NCBI RefSeq assembly: GCF_009914755.1
Contig: NC_060947.1
Source: the human T2T-CHM13v2.0 reference genome, Homo sapiens
Length of the DNA stretch: 64,000 bases
Direction: 5' to 3' (one strand)
The notes beneath the pieces are model-generated. The model worked only from the letters and a program-made list of their open reading frames with translations. It was not told the DNA's origin and did not search any database. Every line of letters starts with the position of its first letter. Within the stretch, counting starts at the first letter, position 1. Shown in pieces: positions 63,960 to 64,000 of this stretch. The position numbers and the translations under genes are program-made.

Positions 63960-64000
63960 GCTTTTTGTCTTGTATAAGAAATTGTTAACTATTCAAAGTC

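Overview
Human genomic DNA (Xq27) containing the complete coagulation factor IX gene F9 on the + strand. TSS is at ~16728. Eight coding exons span 16757-48065 (1386 nt, 461 aa, all GT-AG introns, catalytic triad intact), and the poly(A) signal is at 49432. The haplotype encodes Ala148 (Malmo variant), wild-type Arg338 and the short intron-1 RY allele. The upstream 16 kb is a nest of LINE-1, LTR and Alu elements, including a full-length but ORF-disabled L1PA4/5 that keeps an open antisense ORF0 and has no target-site duplication. Introns and the 3' flank carry Alu, L1, L2, MIR, solo LTRs and DNA-transposon relics. This is a well-studied locus and I see no novel multi-gene system. The most interesting unexplained signals are (1) a compact non-repeat CpG-rich element in intron 6 that looks like an antisense promoter with a strong minus-strand splice donor, (2) a UGUA-dense minus-strand polyadenylation site at ~60.35 kb, possibly a distal 3' end of the convergent neighbouring gene, and (3) the TSD-less L1, which implies an ancient deletion just 5' of the F9 age-stability element. 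Repeat subfamily names are from recalled consensus sequences and need RepeatMasker confirmation.
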